Positions 31,052-41,054 of a DNA stretch of 64,000 bases are shown here, piece after piece. This DNA comes from Candidatus Marinacidobacterales bacterium (lineage in GTDB: Bacteria > Acidobacteriota > Vicinamibacteria > Marinacidobacterales > DATDRI01): contig OZ245365.1 of the NCBI GenBank assembly GCA_965226495.1, positions 6,112,001-6,176,000 of the forward strand, written 5' to 3'. The position numbers and the translations under genes are program-made. The notes under the pieces were generated by a model. It worked only from the letters and a program-made list of their open reading frames with translations, searched no databases and was not told where the DNA came from. Numbering within the stretch: position 1 is the stretch's first letter; each line of letters opens with the position of its first letter.

Positions 31052-31762
31052 ATGAAACGAAGAGATTTCATCGCCGGGACCGGCGCCTTAGTTGCGGGGA
31101 TCGCGGCTGCCGGGGCCTCTAGGGCCTACGAGAAGAGAGAGACGGAAGACTTTCCCAGGATCGACCACGCCGCCAGTGAAAAGATCCGTGTCGCGTTCGC
31201 AATGGCAAATGGCCCGACGGTGATCGATTTCGCCGGCCCATGGGAAGTGTTTCAGGACGTCATGATTCCGAGCCCGGGTGGTACGCGCATGCCTTTCGAG
31301 CTCTTCACGGTTGGTGAGAGCCGTGAGACGGTCCGGGCGACCGGCGGCCTCAACATCGTTCCCAATTACACATTCGAGACGGCGCCAACGCCGAACGTCA
31401 TCGTTGTTCCTGCCCTTCGCGGCTCGGAGGCTCTCTTGGAGTGGTTGAGGAGAGCTCACGAGAAGACCGACATCACCACTTCTGTTTGCACCGGTGCGTT
31501 CCAGCTCGCGCGGGCAGGTCTTTTGAACGGTAAGTCTGCGACCACCCACCATGATTTCCTGGACCAACTAGAGAGCAGTTTCCCCGAGATCGATGTGAAA
31601 CGCGGCGTTCGGTTGGTGGACAACGGTGATATCGCTACCGCCGGGGGGCTTACGTCCGGCATCGACATGGCTTTGAGAGTCGTGGCGCGCTACTTTGGCC
31701 CGGAGGTCGCCGAGACGACGGCGTTGTACATGGAGTACGAAGGAAAGGGCTGGAGGTCGTGA
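31052..31762 (+). CDS. Tat-exported DJ-1/PfpI family protein (isonitrile hydratase-like)
   Basis: MKRRDFI twin-arginine signal; [20 protein letters not shown] and [13 protein letters not shown]. Confidence 0.9.
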   Translation: MKRRDFIAGTGALVAGIAAAGASRAYEKRETEDFPRIDHAASEKIRVAFAMANGPTVIDFAGPWEVFQDVMIPSPGGTRMPFELFTVGESRETVRATGGLNIVPNYTFETAPTPNVIVVPALRGSEALLEWLRRAHEKTDITTSVCTGAFQLARAGLLNGKSATTHHDFLDQLESSFPEIDVKRGVRLVDNGDIATAGGLTSGIDMALRVVARYFGPEVAETTALYMEYEGKGWRS

Positions 31763-31764
31763 TA

Positions 31765-34197
31765 ATGGGAGCACTCTGGCAGGACGTGCGTTACGGCGCG
31801 CGCGTGCTTGCGTCTAGACCTGGAATCACAGCGATCACCATCGTCACCCTGGCGATCGGAATTGGGGCCAATACGGCGATCTTCAGTGTCGTCCATGGAG
31901 TCTTGCTACAACCCCTTCCCTACGAAGAGCCAGAACGTTTGGTTCTCGTCCGTGCCGATGCCGAGGGACTCGAGTCGATCGCGTCACTATCGGCGCCCGA
32001 GCTCCGAGATCTCGGAGAGCGAAGTCGGCTGTTTGAGGAGTTTGGTGGCGTATGGTCGCAGCAAGCCAGCATCGTCGACGACGAATCCGAGCAGATCTGG
32101 CACGCTTGGGTGACCGCCAACCTCTTCCCGTTACTCGGGGAGGATCCGGTCCTCGGTAGACACTTCTTGCCCGAGGAGGAAGCCGAGAATGGCCCCAATG
32201 TGATGATTCTTGGCTATGGGATCTGGCAACGCCGCTACGGCGGTGATCCGGACATCATCGGGAAACCCATACAGCTCAACGACACCGTTCGTACAGTCGT
32301 GGGAGTGATGCCGGAGCGCTTCCGAATCCTTTTGGGAGATGATACCGGAGTTCCTCCGCGCGTCGATGTCTTCATCCCTCAAAACTTCTGGCAGCAGAGG
32401 AACGTTCGTTGGTTGCGCGTCATCGGTCGGCTGGCTCCTGGCGTAACGCTTGCGCAGGGGCAATCCGAATTGGATAACATCGCCGATAGTCTCGTGGCGG
32501 AATATCAAGAGTACGCCACGACCGGATTCGCGCTACACGCCATTCCTCTTCATGGCGATTTGGTGCGCGACGTTCGCCCTGCTGTTCTAGCTCTCTTGGG
32601 AGCGGTCGGCTTTGTTCTCTTGATTGCGTGTTCGAACGTGGCCAGCCTCTCGCTCGCCCGCACGAAGCTTCGAGAGCAAGAGATCGCCTTGAGGCTGGCC
32701 TTGGGAGCCGGCCAGGGACGCATCCTGCGGCAGGTTTTGACGGAGAATCTCTTACTTGCATTGCTAGGTGGCGCCTTCGGGTTGTTGGTCGCGCAATGGG
32801 GACTCGAGCTCTTACTTGCCTATCGACCGGTGAACCTACCTCGGATCGAAGACATTGGGGTCAATGGAACCGTGTTGGGCTTCACGACCGCGGCTGCTCT
32901 CTTGACGGGCTTGCTCTTTGGGATCGTCCCCGCGTTGCAGGCATCGCGGCTCAGCCTTGGAGAGACACTCAAAGAGGGAGGGCGGGCCACCGGAGCTCAG
33001 GGGGCTCGAAGCCGACAACGACTCCGCAGCGTGCTCGTCGTGTCGCAGGTTGCGTTGTCGTTGGTGCTCTTGATCGGTGCCGGCTTGATGATCCGTACCT
33101 TCACCCGTCTCGCGGAAGTCGATCCCGGCTTCCGTTCCGAGAACCTGTTGACGTTCCACGCGCCGCTGTCCTTCAGTCAGTACTCGACACCGGAGAGTCT
33201 ATGGGGTTTCTATCGAGAGCTCACGGACAGAGTGAAGGTGCTTCCGGGAGTGAAAGCGGCGGGGGCGGTGTCACTTCTGCCGCTCTCTGACCGGCTCTTC
33301 ACCAGCAACTATGCGTATGATCCAGAGACCGAACGGAACTGGGGAACTCTGCCCGCGGACTATCGAGTCATCGTGCCCGGCTACTTCGAAGCCATGGGAA
33401 CAAAACTCGTGTCGGGGCGCTTATTCTCGGACACCGACGCGCAAGTGGAGCGCTCGATCGTCGTCGTCGACGAGACGCTGGCGCATCGGGCCTGGCCGGA
33501 TAGAGATCCGATCCATCAAAAAGTGAAGGTGGATTTTCTCGGACAAAACTCGCCGGAGTGGGCGGAAGTCATCGGGGTCGTCCAACACGTTCGGAACAAC
33601 GAGCTCCGAGAAGACGGGTTGGCCCAGATCTATTTTCCGCTTTGGGCACAGCCGAATTCAGACATGAAGCTGGCGGTCCGTGCCAGTGGCGATCCGATGA
33701 GCCTGATCCCAGCGATACGCCGAGAAGTGAGAGCGATGGACAGCGGCCGTCCCGTCCACACCTTTCGCATGATGGACGGGTACGTGTCAGACGCGATGGC
33801 GGGGACAAGCTTTGCGATGACGCTCCTGGGACTGTTCGCCACGGTCGCATTGGCAATGGCGGCCATCGGACTCTATGGCGTCGTGTCCTATATGGTCAGC
33901 CAACGAACGAACGAAATTGGGATCCGGATGGCGCTCGGCGCCCACCGGCGGGACATCTTTCGAATGGTCCTGGGGCACGGACTGACGTTCGTTCTCTTTG
34001 GCATCGTTCTCGGTCTGGTGGGGGCGCTCGCTTTGACACGCTTTCTTTCTAGTCAGCTCTACGGAGTGGGAGCGACCGATCCTTCCACGTTTGCCGCTAC
34101 TTCTGGGATTCTGGTTGCGGTGGCCCTGTTCGCTTGCTACTTGCCGTCCCGTCGAGCGACCCCTGTCGACCCTATGGTGGTGCTCCGGTATGAGTAG
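31765..34197 (+). CDS. ADOP-family duplicated ABC transporter permease
   Basis: Begins [13 protein letters not shown]...[14 protein letters not shown] and ends [19 protein letters not shown]. Confidence 0.93.
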   Translation: MGALWQDVRYGARVLASRPGITAITIVTLAIGIGANTAIFSVVHGVLLQPLPYEEPERLVLVRADAEGLESIASLSAPELRDLGERSRLFEEFGGVWSQQASIVDDESEQIWHAWVTANLFPLLGEDPVLGRHFLPEEEAENGPNVMILGYGIWQRRYGGDPDIIGKPIQLNDTVRTVVGVMPERFRILLGDDTGVPPRVDVFIPQNFWQQRNVRWLRVIGRLAPGVTLAQGQSELDNIADSLVAEYQEYATTGFALHAIPLHGDLVRDVRPAVLALLGAVGFVLLIACSNVASLSLARTKLREQEIALRLALGAGQGRILRQVLTENLLLALLGGAFGLLVAQWGLELLLAYRPVNLPRIEDIGVNGTVLGFTTAAALLTGLLFGIVPALQASRLSLGETLKEGGRATGAQGARSRQRLRSVLVVSQVALSLVLLIGAGLMIRTFTRLAEVDPGFRSENLLTFHAPLSFSQYSTPESLWGFYRELTDRVKVLPGVKAAGAVSLLPLSDRLFTSNYAYDPETERNWGTLPADYRVIVPGYFEAMGTKLVSGRLFSDTDAQVERSIVVVDETLAHRAWPDRDPIHQKVKVDFLGQNSPEWAEVIGVVQHVRNNELREDGLAQIYFPLWAQPNSDMKLAVRASGDPMSLIPAIRREVRAMDSGRPVHTFRMMDGYVSDAMAGTSFAMTLLGLFATVALAMAAIGLYGVVSYMVSQRTNEIGIRMALGAHRRDIFRMVLGHGLTFVLFGIVLGLVGALALTRFLSSQLYGVGATDPSTFAATSGILVAVALFACYLPSRRATPVDPMVVLRYE

Positions 34198-34281
34198 TTC
34201 CACGTGAAGAAACTCACCTGAATCGAGCCCGCTTCGGGACGATCGTTCCCCACCGCGCGGAGGATGATAGAGTGAATCCTC

Positions 34282-35253
34282 ATGGCGCAGTTTGGCGAGC
34301 TCGACGTACGGTTGGAACCGTGGGACGTGGAGTACGGCTCTGAATTTCCTCTGGATGCCCCGGAAGACGTTGGCGACGATGAGGTTTCACTGGATGTCGA
34401 GACGCCCGTCGGTTTATGGGATTCGATCGAGCCTGCGCCCGCGACGATACCGGGGCGTATCCTCTTCGTCGACGGTGTGCGACGGCTAGAGGCGCGGATC
34501 GTCCTGCGCCGCAATGCCAAGCTTTGTCGGGGTGCATTCGGGAGCTATGCGGTGGGCGCGGTCCTCGCAACGCACGGCGATGCGACGATATGTGAAGCGA
34601 GAGCGGATCGGGTGATCGTCGTGGGTTCCGGAGAATCTCTTCCCGAGCCGATCCACCTGATGCCGGCACTGACCTACCGGCCCCTGAGCGTCGTCTCCCA
34701 AGATGTGGACGCGCCGCTTCGAGGCGTCCTCCAGCAAATGCGACTGGCCGAGGAGCGTCTGGCCCGGGAGCTTGCCGACGAGGAGAACACGCTCGTGGTG
34801 GCGGACGGCCCGCTCACGTTCGGAGATCCGCTGCGGGGTGGCGCGGTGGGGTATATCAAGCGCCTTCAGAAACTCTACATTCCCGAGGATAAACTCGATC
34901 TTCTTTCCCGTTTGCCCCCCGGGTCACGGACACCACTTTTCGGTTTGCGATCGAGCAAACGCTTCGCTCGTTACGCTTGGTTTCTTCGATTGGTGGCGCC
35001 TCATCCCGGCGAATCGGAGCTATCGGGTTTGGTTCGCCTCGAAGTCTCCGAATCGGTAGGCGTGCAAGTCGCCAAGGAGCTCGCCGATGCGACCGCCCGA
35101 GCGCTCCCGCGATTCGCGCCGGGTCGTGGTCGCGACCCCCGCGCCCCTCAAAATCTGCTGCCAATCGGCGCTCTGGAATCTCGTCTTCGTCGACACCTCG
35201 GGGACGCCCGGCTCATCCGCCGCCACATTCAAACGCTGCTAGCCCTCAATTGA
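34282..35253 (+). CDS. nurA: NurA-family DNA double-strand-break repair nuclease (bacterial type)
   Basis: Motifs ILFVDGVRR, VVADGPL, VGYIK and DPRAPQNLLPIGALE; co-located with HerA and SbcCD. Confidence 0.8.
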   Translation: MAQFGELDVRLEPWDVEYGSEFPLDAPEDVGDDEVSLDVETPVGLWDSIEPAPATIPGRILFVDGVRRLEARIVLRRNAKLCRGAFGSYAVGAVLATHGDATICEARADRVIVVGSGESLPEPIHLMPALTYRPLSVVSQDVDAPLRGVLQQMRLAEERLARELADEENTLVVADGPLTFGDPLRGGAVGYIKRLQKLYIPEDKLDLLSRLPPGSRTPLFGLRSSKRFARYAWFLRLVAPHPGESELSGLVRLEVSESVGVQVAKELADATARALPRFAPGRGRDPRAPQNLLPIGALESRLRRHLGDARLIRRHIQTLLALN

Positions 35254-36071
35254 TGTCTCTCCGAGTGATTAGTTGGAACGTCAACTCGGTGCGGCTTCGA
35301 TTGCGGGCCCTGCGACGCTTGGTGAAGCGCTACGATCCGCATGTCTTTTGTCTTCAGGAGACAAAAGCAGAGAACGGGTCCTTCCCCTATGAGTTTTTCC
35401 ATCGGCTAGGTTTCGAGTACACGATTGTCCACGGACAGAAGATGCACTACGGGGTGGCCATTTTGTCGAAGCTTCCCTTATCCGATTCTCGGATTAAGAA
35501 TTGGTGCGGCCGGCCCGACTGCCGCCATGTCTATGCCACGCTTCCAGGAGGAATAGAGCTCCATAACTTCTATGTGCCGGCCGGCGGGGACGTTCCCGAT
35601 CCACGAGTGAATCCGAAGTTCGCGCACAAACTGAAGTTCATGGCCGCGATGACGCGGTGGTTCCGCCGGAAGCGCCATCCCGAGAACCGCTACGTTTTAG
35701 TGGGCGATCTGAACGTGGCCCCACACGAGAACGACGTTTGGGATCACAAGAAGCTGAGACGAGTCGTCACTCACACGCCGGTGGAGATAGAGGCCCTTGG
35801 CAAGATGCTCCGCTCGCACGATTGGATCGATGCGGTGCGCCGGTTCGTGCCCGAGGACAAGAAACTCTTCAGCTGGTGGAGCTACCGCGCCGAGAATTGG
35901 AAGGCGGCCGATAAGGGGCGCCGGTTGGATCACGTTTGGGTGACGCCGGCCCTCGGCGATTCACTCAAAGCTGCAGAGGTGCTCAAACGAGCACGCGGAT
36001 GGAGGCCAGCGTCCGACCACGCGCCGGTGATGGTGACGCTCGACCTCGCGTCTCAATCTGGACCGACGTAA
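35253..36071 (+). CDS. xth: Exodeoxyribonuclease III / AP endonuclease
   Basis: Motifs SWNVNS, LQETK, GDLNVAP, FSWWSYR, GRRLDH and ASDHAPV; TGATG overlap with nurA. Confidence 0.95.
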   Translation: MSLRVISWNVNSVRLRLRALRRLVKRYDPHVFCLQETKAENGSFPYEFFHRLGFEYTIVHGQKMHYGVAILSKLPLSDSRIKNWCGRPDCRHVYATLPGGIELHNFYVPAGGDVPDPRVNPKFAHKLKFMAAMTRWFRRKRHPENRYVLVGDLNVAPHENDVWDHKKLRRVVTHTPVEIEALGKMLRSHDWIDAVRRFVPEDKKLFSWWSYRAENWKAADKGRRLDHVWVTPALGDSLKAAEVLKRARGWRPASDHAPVMVTLDLASQSGPT

Positions 36072-36130
36072 GATACGTTCTTGTGGACGCCAAAACGCGA
36101 GGTAGCATAAATCAGGGTGGCCAGGCGCCA

Positions 36131-37843
36131 ATGGCGAAGCCAAAGACCGCTCCAGGCGAAGAGAAGAGGGCCTCGAGGCCGGCGGATAGCGAGCGCGCCG
36201 GGCTTGTGCTCGGCTCGGTGGACGCAACGCCCCTTGAGTTCTGGATTGGTGTCGAGGATGGCCGCCGTGTTCAACTCGACGACCTCGTCGTCGTGGAAAC
36301 GGTGACCCCAGACGGCCAACGCATTCGCTTCTACGGCATGGTCGATGTTGTGAAGAAGCGTTACGAAGGCACGCAGTTCGATTCCGATGCCTTCCGAGCC
36401 GTTGCGGGAACGCTTCCGGTGGAAGTTTCCTATACTGCCCACGTTCAAGTGACTCGCATCGACCCCGAAGTCTTCGTGCCGCCGCACCCCGGCGACGAGG
36501 CCCGGGTCGTCCGGGGAGAGGACTTCCAGCGAGCGCTCTACTTCGATCAGATGGAACGCCGTATCCCGATCGGCATGACGCGGACCAACGAGCCGGTCTT
36601 TGCTAATCTAGAATTCTTGGACGGAACGCGGGGCGCGCATGCCTCGATCAGTGGTGTTTCCGGCGTCGCCACCAAAACCTCCTACGCCACATTCCTCTTG
36701 TACTCTCTCTTTCAGTCGGAGGGACTGGGCGCGGACGCGATCAATTCGAAGGCCCTCATCTTCAACGTAAAGGGTGAGGATCTGCTCTGGCTCGACAAAC
36801 CGAACGTGAGGTTGACCGAGAAGGGGAAATCGGAGTACGAGCGCCTAGGTCTCGAAGCGGGGCCATTTCGCAGCGTCGGTTTCTTCGCCCCCGCCAAGCG
36901 CGCGAGCGTTGTACCGATGCCCGATACCGGAGGAAGACAACAAGGCGTGATGCCCTATCTTTGGACGCTCGGCGAGTTCGCCCGCGAGCGATTGCTCCGT
37001 TTCGTCTTCGCCGAGGGGGAGGACGCTCGGGCGCCGCTTTCCTTCGTCATTTATCGGGTCGAGTCGGCGCTACAGCGCGCGGCTGCCAAAGGCGAGCGCG
37101 ACGATCCGGGGCTCGAACTGGACGGTGTTTCTCTCCGGAGCTTCAGCGAGTTAGTCGATCTTCTCGACGACGAAGCGTTGGATCGCATGGTGCCCCGGAA
37201 CGTCGCCTCCGGCACGCTCGACGCTTTCCGTCGACGACTTCACGCCGCCGCCTCGCACATGGGGCACCTCGTGCGGGGCGATGCGTCTGCCACGGGGTGC
37301 GGGATCAGTTGGGAAGAACAGCAGGTGACGGTGGTGGATATCCATACCCTCCACTCGACGGCGCAGATGTTCGTGGTGGGAGTTTTGCTGAAGCGCATGA
37401 TGGAAAGAAAAGAAGCACAGGGAACTTCGCGCCCATTGGTATTCGTCGTTCTGGACGAAATGAATAAGTATGCGCCGCGTGAAGGGTGGAGCCCCATTCG
37501 CGATGTGCTACTCGACATCGCCGAAAGGGGACGTTCGCTGGGGGTATCTCTCTTCGGCGCGCAGCAGACGGCAAGCGAGGTGGAGCGGCGCGTCATCGCG
37601 AACGCGGCGCTCAAAGTCGTTGGACGTCTCGACCCAGCAGAGGCGGAAAGGGCTCAGTATGGGTTTCTGACCAGCGTGGCTCGCTTGCGTGCGAAGACGC
37701 TGCAGCCGGGAAGTATGATCGTCTCGCAGCCTGAGATCCCCACACCCATTCTTCTTCGGTTCCCTTTTCCCGCTTGGGCCACTCGGCAGAGTGAGGCGGG
37801 TACCGACGAACTAACCGATCCCTTTGCGAGGTTTGAGAATTGA
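36131..37843 (+). CDS. herA: HerA-family ATPase / DNA translocase
   Basis: HAS-barrel-like N-terminus, variant Walker A ISGVSGVATKTSY, Walker B VVLDEMNKYAP, arginine finger ERGRSLG and sensor AQQ. Confidence 0.88.
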   Translation: MAKPKTAPGEEKRASRPADSERAGLVLGSVDATPLEFWIGVEDGRRVQLDDLVVVETVTPDGQRIRFYGMVDVVKKRYEGTQFDSDAFRAVAGTLPVEVSYTAHVQVTRIDPEVFVPPHPGDEARVVRGEDFQRALYFDQMERRIPIGMTRTNEPVFANLEFLDGTRGAHASISGVSGVATKTSYATFLLYSLFQSEGLGADAINSKALIFNVKGEDLLWLDKPNVRLTEKGKSEYERLGLEAGPFRSVGFFAPAKRASVVPMPDTGGRQQGVMPYLWTLGEFARERLLRFVFAEGEDARAPLSFVIYRVESALQRAAAKGERDDPGLELDGVSLRSFSELVDLLDDEALDRMVPRNVASGTLDAFRRRLHAAASHMGHLVRGDASATGCGISWEEQQVTVVDIHTLHSTAQMFVVGVLLKRMMERKEAQGTSRPLVFVVLDEMNKYAPREGWSPIRDVLLDIAERGRSLGVSLFGAQQTASEVERRVIANAALKVVGRLDPAEAERAQYGFLTSVARLRAKTLQPGSMIVSQPEIPTPILLRFPFPAWATRQSEAGTDELTDPFARFEN

Positions 37844-37852
37844 GTACAGGAA

Positions 37853-38719
37853 ATGATTCGACTTTCTTTTCGCCCACCGTATGATTGGGACTCGTTGGTC
37901 GAGTTCCTTTCGGTACGAGCGACCCCTGGCGTCGAGATGGTCGATGAGAGCACCTATCGTCGGACTATTTCACTCGGTGGATATTGGGGTACCTTCGAAG
38001 TCCGCCGGGTTACAAGACGCAACTATCTCGAGCTCGGAATCGACTTTCCCAACCCGCAGAGTTTTCCGTACATCGTTCAAAGGGCGCGTCGACTCTTCGA
38101 CGTCGATACCGACCCGGGGGAAGTTGCACGGCATCTTCGGCAAGACAGGCGGCTCATCGCACTGGTCGATGCGTATCCAGGGCTCCGTGTACCTGGATCG
38201 TGGGATGGTTTCGAGCTCGCGGTGCGAGCCATACTAGGGCAACAAATTTCCGTGAAGGGGGCCACGACGCTTGCCGGCCGACTCGCTCTTGGCTACGGAC
38301 GGAGGTTTCGGAAGGGGGAGTTGGGTGTGTTGTTTCCAACTCCAGAAGTGCTCGCGAAAGCGAATCCAGCCAGGCTCGGACTTCCCCTGGCGAGAGCTCG
38401 TGCCATCCCGCACCTAGCTCGCGCAGTATGTCAGAGGCAGCTTTCCTTTAACGGTGCAGCGGGGCTCCGGCCGTTCGTGGCGCAAATGAAAGACGTGCCG
38501 GGAATCGGTGAGTGGACGGCGCAGTACGTTGCGATGCGTGCGTTGAGTCATCCCGACGCTTTTCCCGCAACGGACCTGGGCCTTTTGCGCGGTGCTTCGA
38601 GTGGAAGCAGGGGACTGAAGCCGAAGACGCTCCTGCAGCGTGCCGAAAAGTGGAGGCCCTTCCGTGCCTACGCGGCCATGTATCTTTGGAAAAACTACGG
38701 AACTCAGAAGAGGAAATAG
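37853..38719 (+). CDS. alkA: DNA-3-methyladenine glycosylase II (AlkA_N + HhH-GPD, no Ada domain)
   Basis: Motifs LSFRPPYDW, PGLRVPGSWDGFELAVRAILGQQIS, HhH VPGIGEWTA, DAFPATDLGL and WRPFRAYA. Confidence 0.93.
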   Translation: MIRLSFRPPYDWDSLVEFLSVRATPGVEMVDESTYRRTISLGGYWGTFEVRRVTRRNYLELGIDFPNPQSFPYIVQRARRLFDVDTDPGEVARHLRQDRRLIALVDAYPGLRVPGSWDGFELAVRAILGQQISVKGATTLAGRLALGYGRRFRKGELGVLFPTPEVLAKANPARLGLPLARARAIPHLARAVCQRQLSFNGAAGLRPFVAQMKDVPGIGEWTAQYVAMRALSHPDAFPATDLGLLRGASSGSRGLKPKTLLQRAEKWRPFRAYAAMYLWKNYGTQKRK

Positions 38720-38722
38720 TCT

Positions 38723-39229
38723 GTGAAGACGCTCCTAGTGCTTCGCCATGCTAAATCGAGTTGGAAGGATCAAGGGCTAGATGACCACGATCGGCCACTC
38801 AACAAGCGGGGAACGAAAGACGCTCCGGTCGTCGGGAAGCTCATCAGCAAGAGGAAACTGACGCCGGATTGGATCCTGAGCTCCACCGCCTTTCGCGCGA
38901 GAAAGACCGTGGAGATGGTGGCCAAGGCCAGCAGGTTCTCGGGGGAGATTGAGTTCGAGGAGGGGCTGTATCTTGCGAGACCGACAACCGTTATCGCAGC
39001 GATTCAAACAGCAGCTCCGCAGTCGGCTGAGACCGTCCTGATCGTTGGGCACAATCCGGGATTCGGAGAGCTGGTCGAGATTCTGACCGGGCAAAAGCAA
39101 CCCTTTCCCACTGCAGCCTTGGCCGAGATAGAGCTTCCCGTCGAGCGCTGGGACGAGCTCACTCCTGAGACGGAAGGAAAGCTGATCGATCTCTGGAGGC
39201 CGAAGGAGCTTGCCGGGGAATCGGAGTAA
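38723..39229 (+). CDS. sixA: SixA-type phosphohistidine phosphatase
   Basis: Motifs LRHAKSSW, DHDRPLNKRG, SSTAFRARKT and VGHNPG. Confidence 0.9.
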   Translation: MKTLLVLRHAKSSWKDQGLDDHDRPLNKRGTKDAPVVGKLISKRKLTPDWILSSTAFRARKTVEMVAKASRFSGEIEFEEGLYLARPTTVIAAIQTAAPQSAETVLIVGHNPGFGELVEILTGQKQPFPTAALAEIELPVERWDELTPETEGKLIDLWRPKELAGESE

Positions 39230-39237
39230 CTGAGCCG

Positions 39238-39597
39238 CTATTCGAGCAAACGTAGTAGGTCCAGAGAACTCACGACACCTACCACCTTGTCTCCGTCGGT
39301 GACCACCATGTGGTGCACGCCGTACTGCCTCATCATTTGGGCGGCGGTGCTCACGTCGGCTTGGGGGGTCACGGTGTAGACGTGGGTGCTCATGACTCGG
39401 GAGATGGGGATCTTCGCTGAGAAGCCCGGGACAAGATCGGTCGAGGTGAGCATGCCTACGAGCTGGTTTTCCTCGTCCACCACTGGCAGGGAGTTGATAT
39501 CGTGAGCCTCCATGAGTTCGCGAACCCCTCCGACGAGGTCGCCCGGCTTGGCCATGATGACATTGGCAGCCATGACATCCGCCACTTTGTGTTTCAA
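39238..39597 (-). CDS. CBS-domain pair protein
   Basis: Two CBS repeats (SLPVVD..LVGMLTSTDL; HHMVVTD..VVGVVSSLDL). TTG start after a GAGGAG RBS. Confidence 0.85.
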   Translation of the reverse strand: MKHKVADVMAANVIMAKPGDLVGGVRELMEAHDINSLPVVDEENQLVGMLTSTDLVPGFSAKIPISRVMSTHVYTVTPQADVSTAAQMMRQYGVHHMVVTDGDKVVGVVSSLDLLRLLE

Positions 39598-39830
39598 GAG
39601 TTGCTCCTCATTGTTGGGCTGGTCTGATGATGGAGCGTAGCCTGAAGGAACTCCCAGAAGCAAATCGAGTCGATTGTCGTGTTCGAACCGCCAGTCTTGC
39701 TGAGGGGGGGGCTCGCCACGGCTTCCCTGAAAACCGTGACGCCGCATAAAGACGCACCCGAAGAGGCGGGTATATGATGCCCCCAGCCTGGGTTTCTGCC
39801 CTGCCTGTTGAAGCCCGGTGAAAAGAAAAT

Positions 39831-41000
39831 ATGCGCATTGTTCACACTAGCGACTGGCATGCCGGGCGGCTCTGGAGGCGCATCGATCGACTTCCCGAAG
39901 TGGCCGATGTTCTAGAAAACTTGGGAGACTTCCTAGAGCGGGAACGGATCGATCTGCTTTTGATGTCCGGGGATGTCTTCGACAGCGGCGCACCCAACCC
40001 GTCCGCCGAGCGGTTGGTCTTCGGCTTCTTCAAACGGATCGGCCGGGCCGGCATCAAGACCGTGGTCATCGCCGGGAACCACGATAGTCCGGCTCGGCTT
40101 CAAGCGTGGGGTACGCTTGCCGAGCTGGTAGATGTGCAGGCGGTCGCTTTTCCGCGGCGCTTGAATGACGGCGGTCTCGTAGAGGTCTCGGCCAGGTCGG
40201 GTGAGAGAGCGCTCGTGGCGGCTGTCCCGTTCGCGGCCCCGCGTCGTCTAATCAGTGCCCTCGACCTTTCCGGTGAAGAGACTCGGGTCAGACAGAAATA
40301 CGACCAGGGAATGAGGCAGATCATCGCGCATTTGGTGAGTGGGTTCGAGCGAGAGACCATCAATCTGGTCATGGCTCACACGCACCTTCAGGGCGCGGTA
40401 TTCTCCGGATCGGAGCGGCAAGTCCACCTCGGAGAAGAGTGGGCGACCACGCCGCAGGCTTTACCTTCGACCGCGCACTACATTGCGCTCGGCCATATCC
40501 ACCGACCGCAGAAGGTAGAGGCCGCACCGGCTCCTGCTTTCTACGCCGGTTCTCCCCTGCAGCTCGATTTCGGCGAGGTCGGTGAGGAGAAAACCTTTGT
40601 TTTGATCGATGCCCGCCCGCGACAGCCGGTTCAAGTCGAGCAAATTCCTTATAAAGGAGGGCTGCCGCTCCGGTCGGTTCGCAAAGGGCTTTTAGAGTTG
40701 GAGCGAGAGGCGGGGAGTTTGTCCGAAAGAGGTTGGTTGCGGGTGAGAGTCCCGCTGAAAGTGGCGGACCCAGACGTCAATGGTAAGGTGCGGCGGTTAC
40801 TTCCGAATGCGGTGTCGGTCGAGATTGAGCTTCCTGAGAAAGCGGAAGAGCAAGACGGTTCGCGTCTCCCGGGCGGCTCCCCGCCGCGGGAGCTCTATCA
40901 AGCCTACTGTCAGAAGGAGCACGGTTCGGAGGGAGAGCCGCAGGTGGTCGAGATCTTCGACAAACTGCTGGCCGACGCGGATCAGGGCGATGCCGGATAA
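39831..41000 (+). CDS. sbcD: SbcD / Mre11 nuclease subunit
   Basis: Phosphoesterase motifs HTSDWH, GDVFD, GNHD, AHTH and LGHIH. Confidence 0.95.
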   Translation: MRIVHTSDWHAGRLWRRIDRLPEVADVLENLGDFLERERIDLLLMSGDVFDSGAPNPSAERLVFGFFKRIGRAGIKTVVIAGNHDSPARLQAWGTLAELVDVQAVAFPRRLNDGGLVEVSARSGERALVAAVPFAAPRRLISALDLSGEETRVRQKYDQGMRQIIAHLVSGFERETINLVMAHTHLQGAVFSGSERQVHLGEEWATTPQALPSTAHYIALGHIHRPQKVEAAPAPAFYAGSPLQLDFGEVGEEKTFVLIDARPRQPVQVEQIPYKGGLPLRSVRKGLLELEREAGSLSERGWLRVRVPLKVADPDVNGKVRRLLPNAVSVEIELPEKAEEQDGSRLPGGSPPRELYQAYCQKEHGSEGEPQVVEIFDKLLADADQGDAG

Positions 41001-41054
41001 CCAAAGCAGTACAAGACCCGCGGTGCCCGTACTCCAACCAGAGGCCCGACGCCT

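Noticed and set aside
34198-34281. LexA/SOS box upstream of the repair cluster
   Set aside because: I found no convincing GTTC-N7-GTTC, CTGT-N8-ACAG or GAAC-N4-GTTC match by eye.
34977-35252. N-terminal extension of xth in the ORF track (364 aa)
   Set aside because: It overlaps nurA. ExoIII homology starts at ATG 35253 (MSLRVISWNVN).
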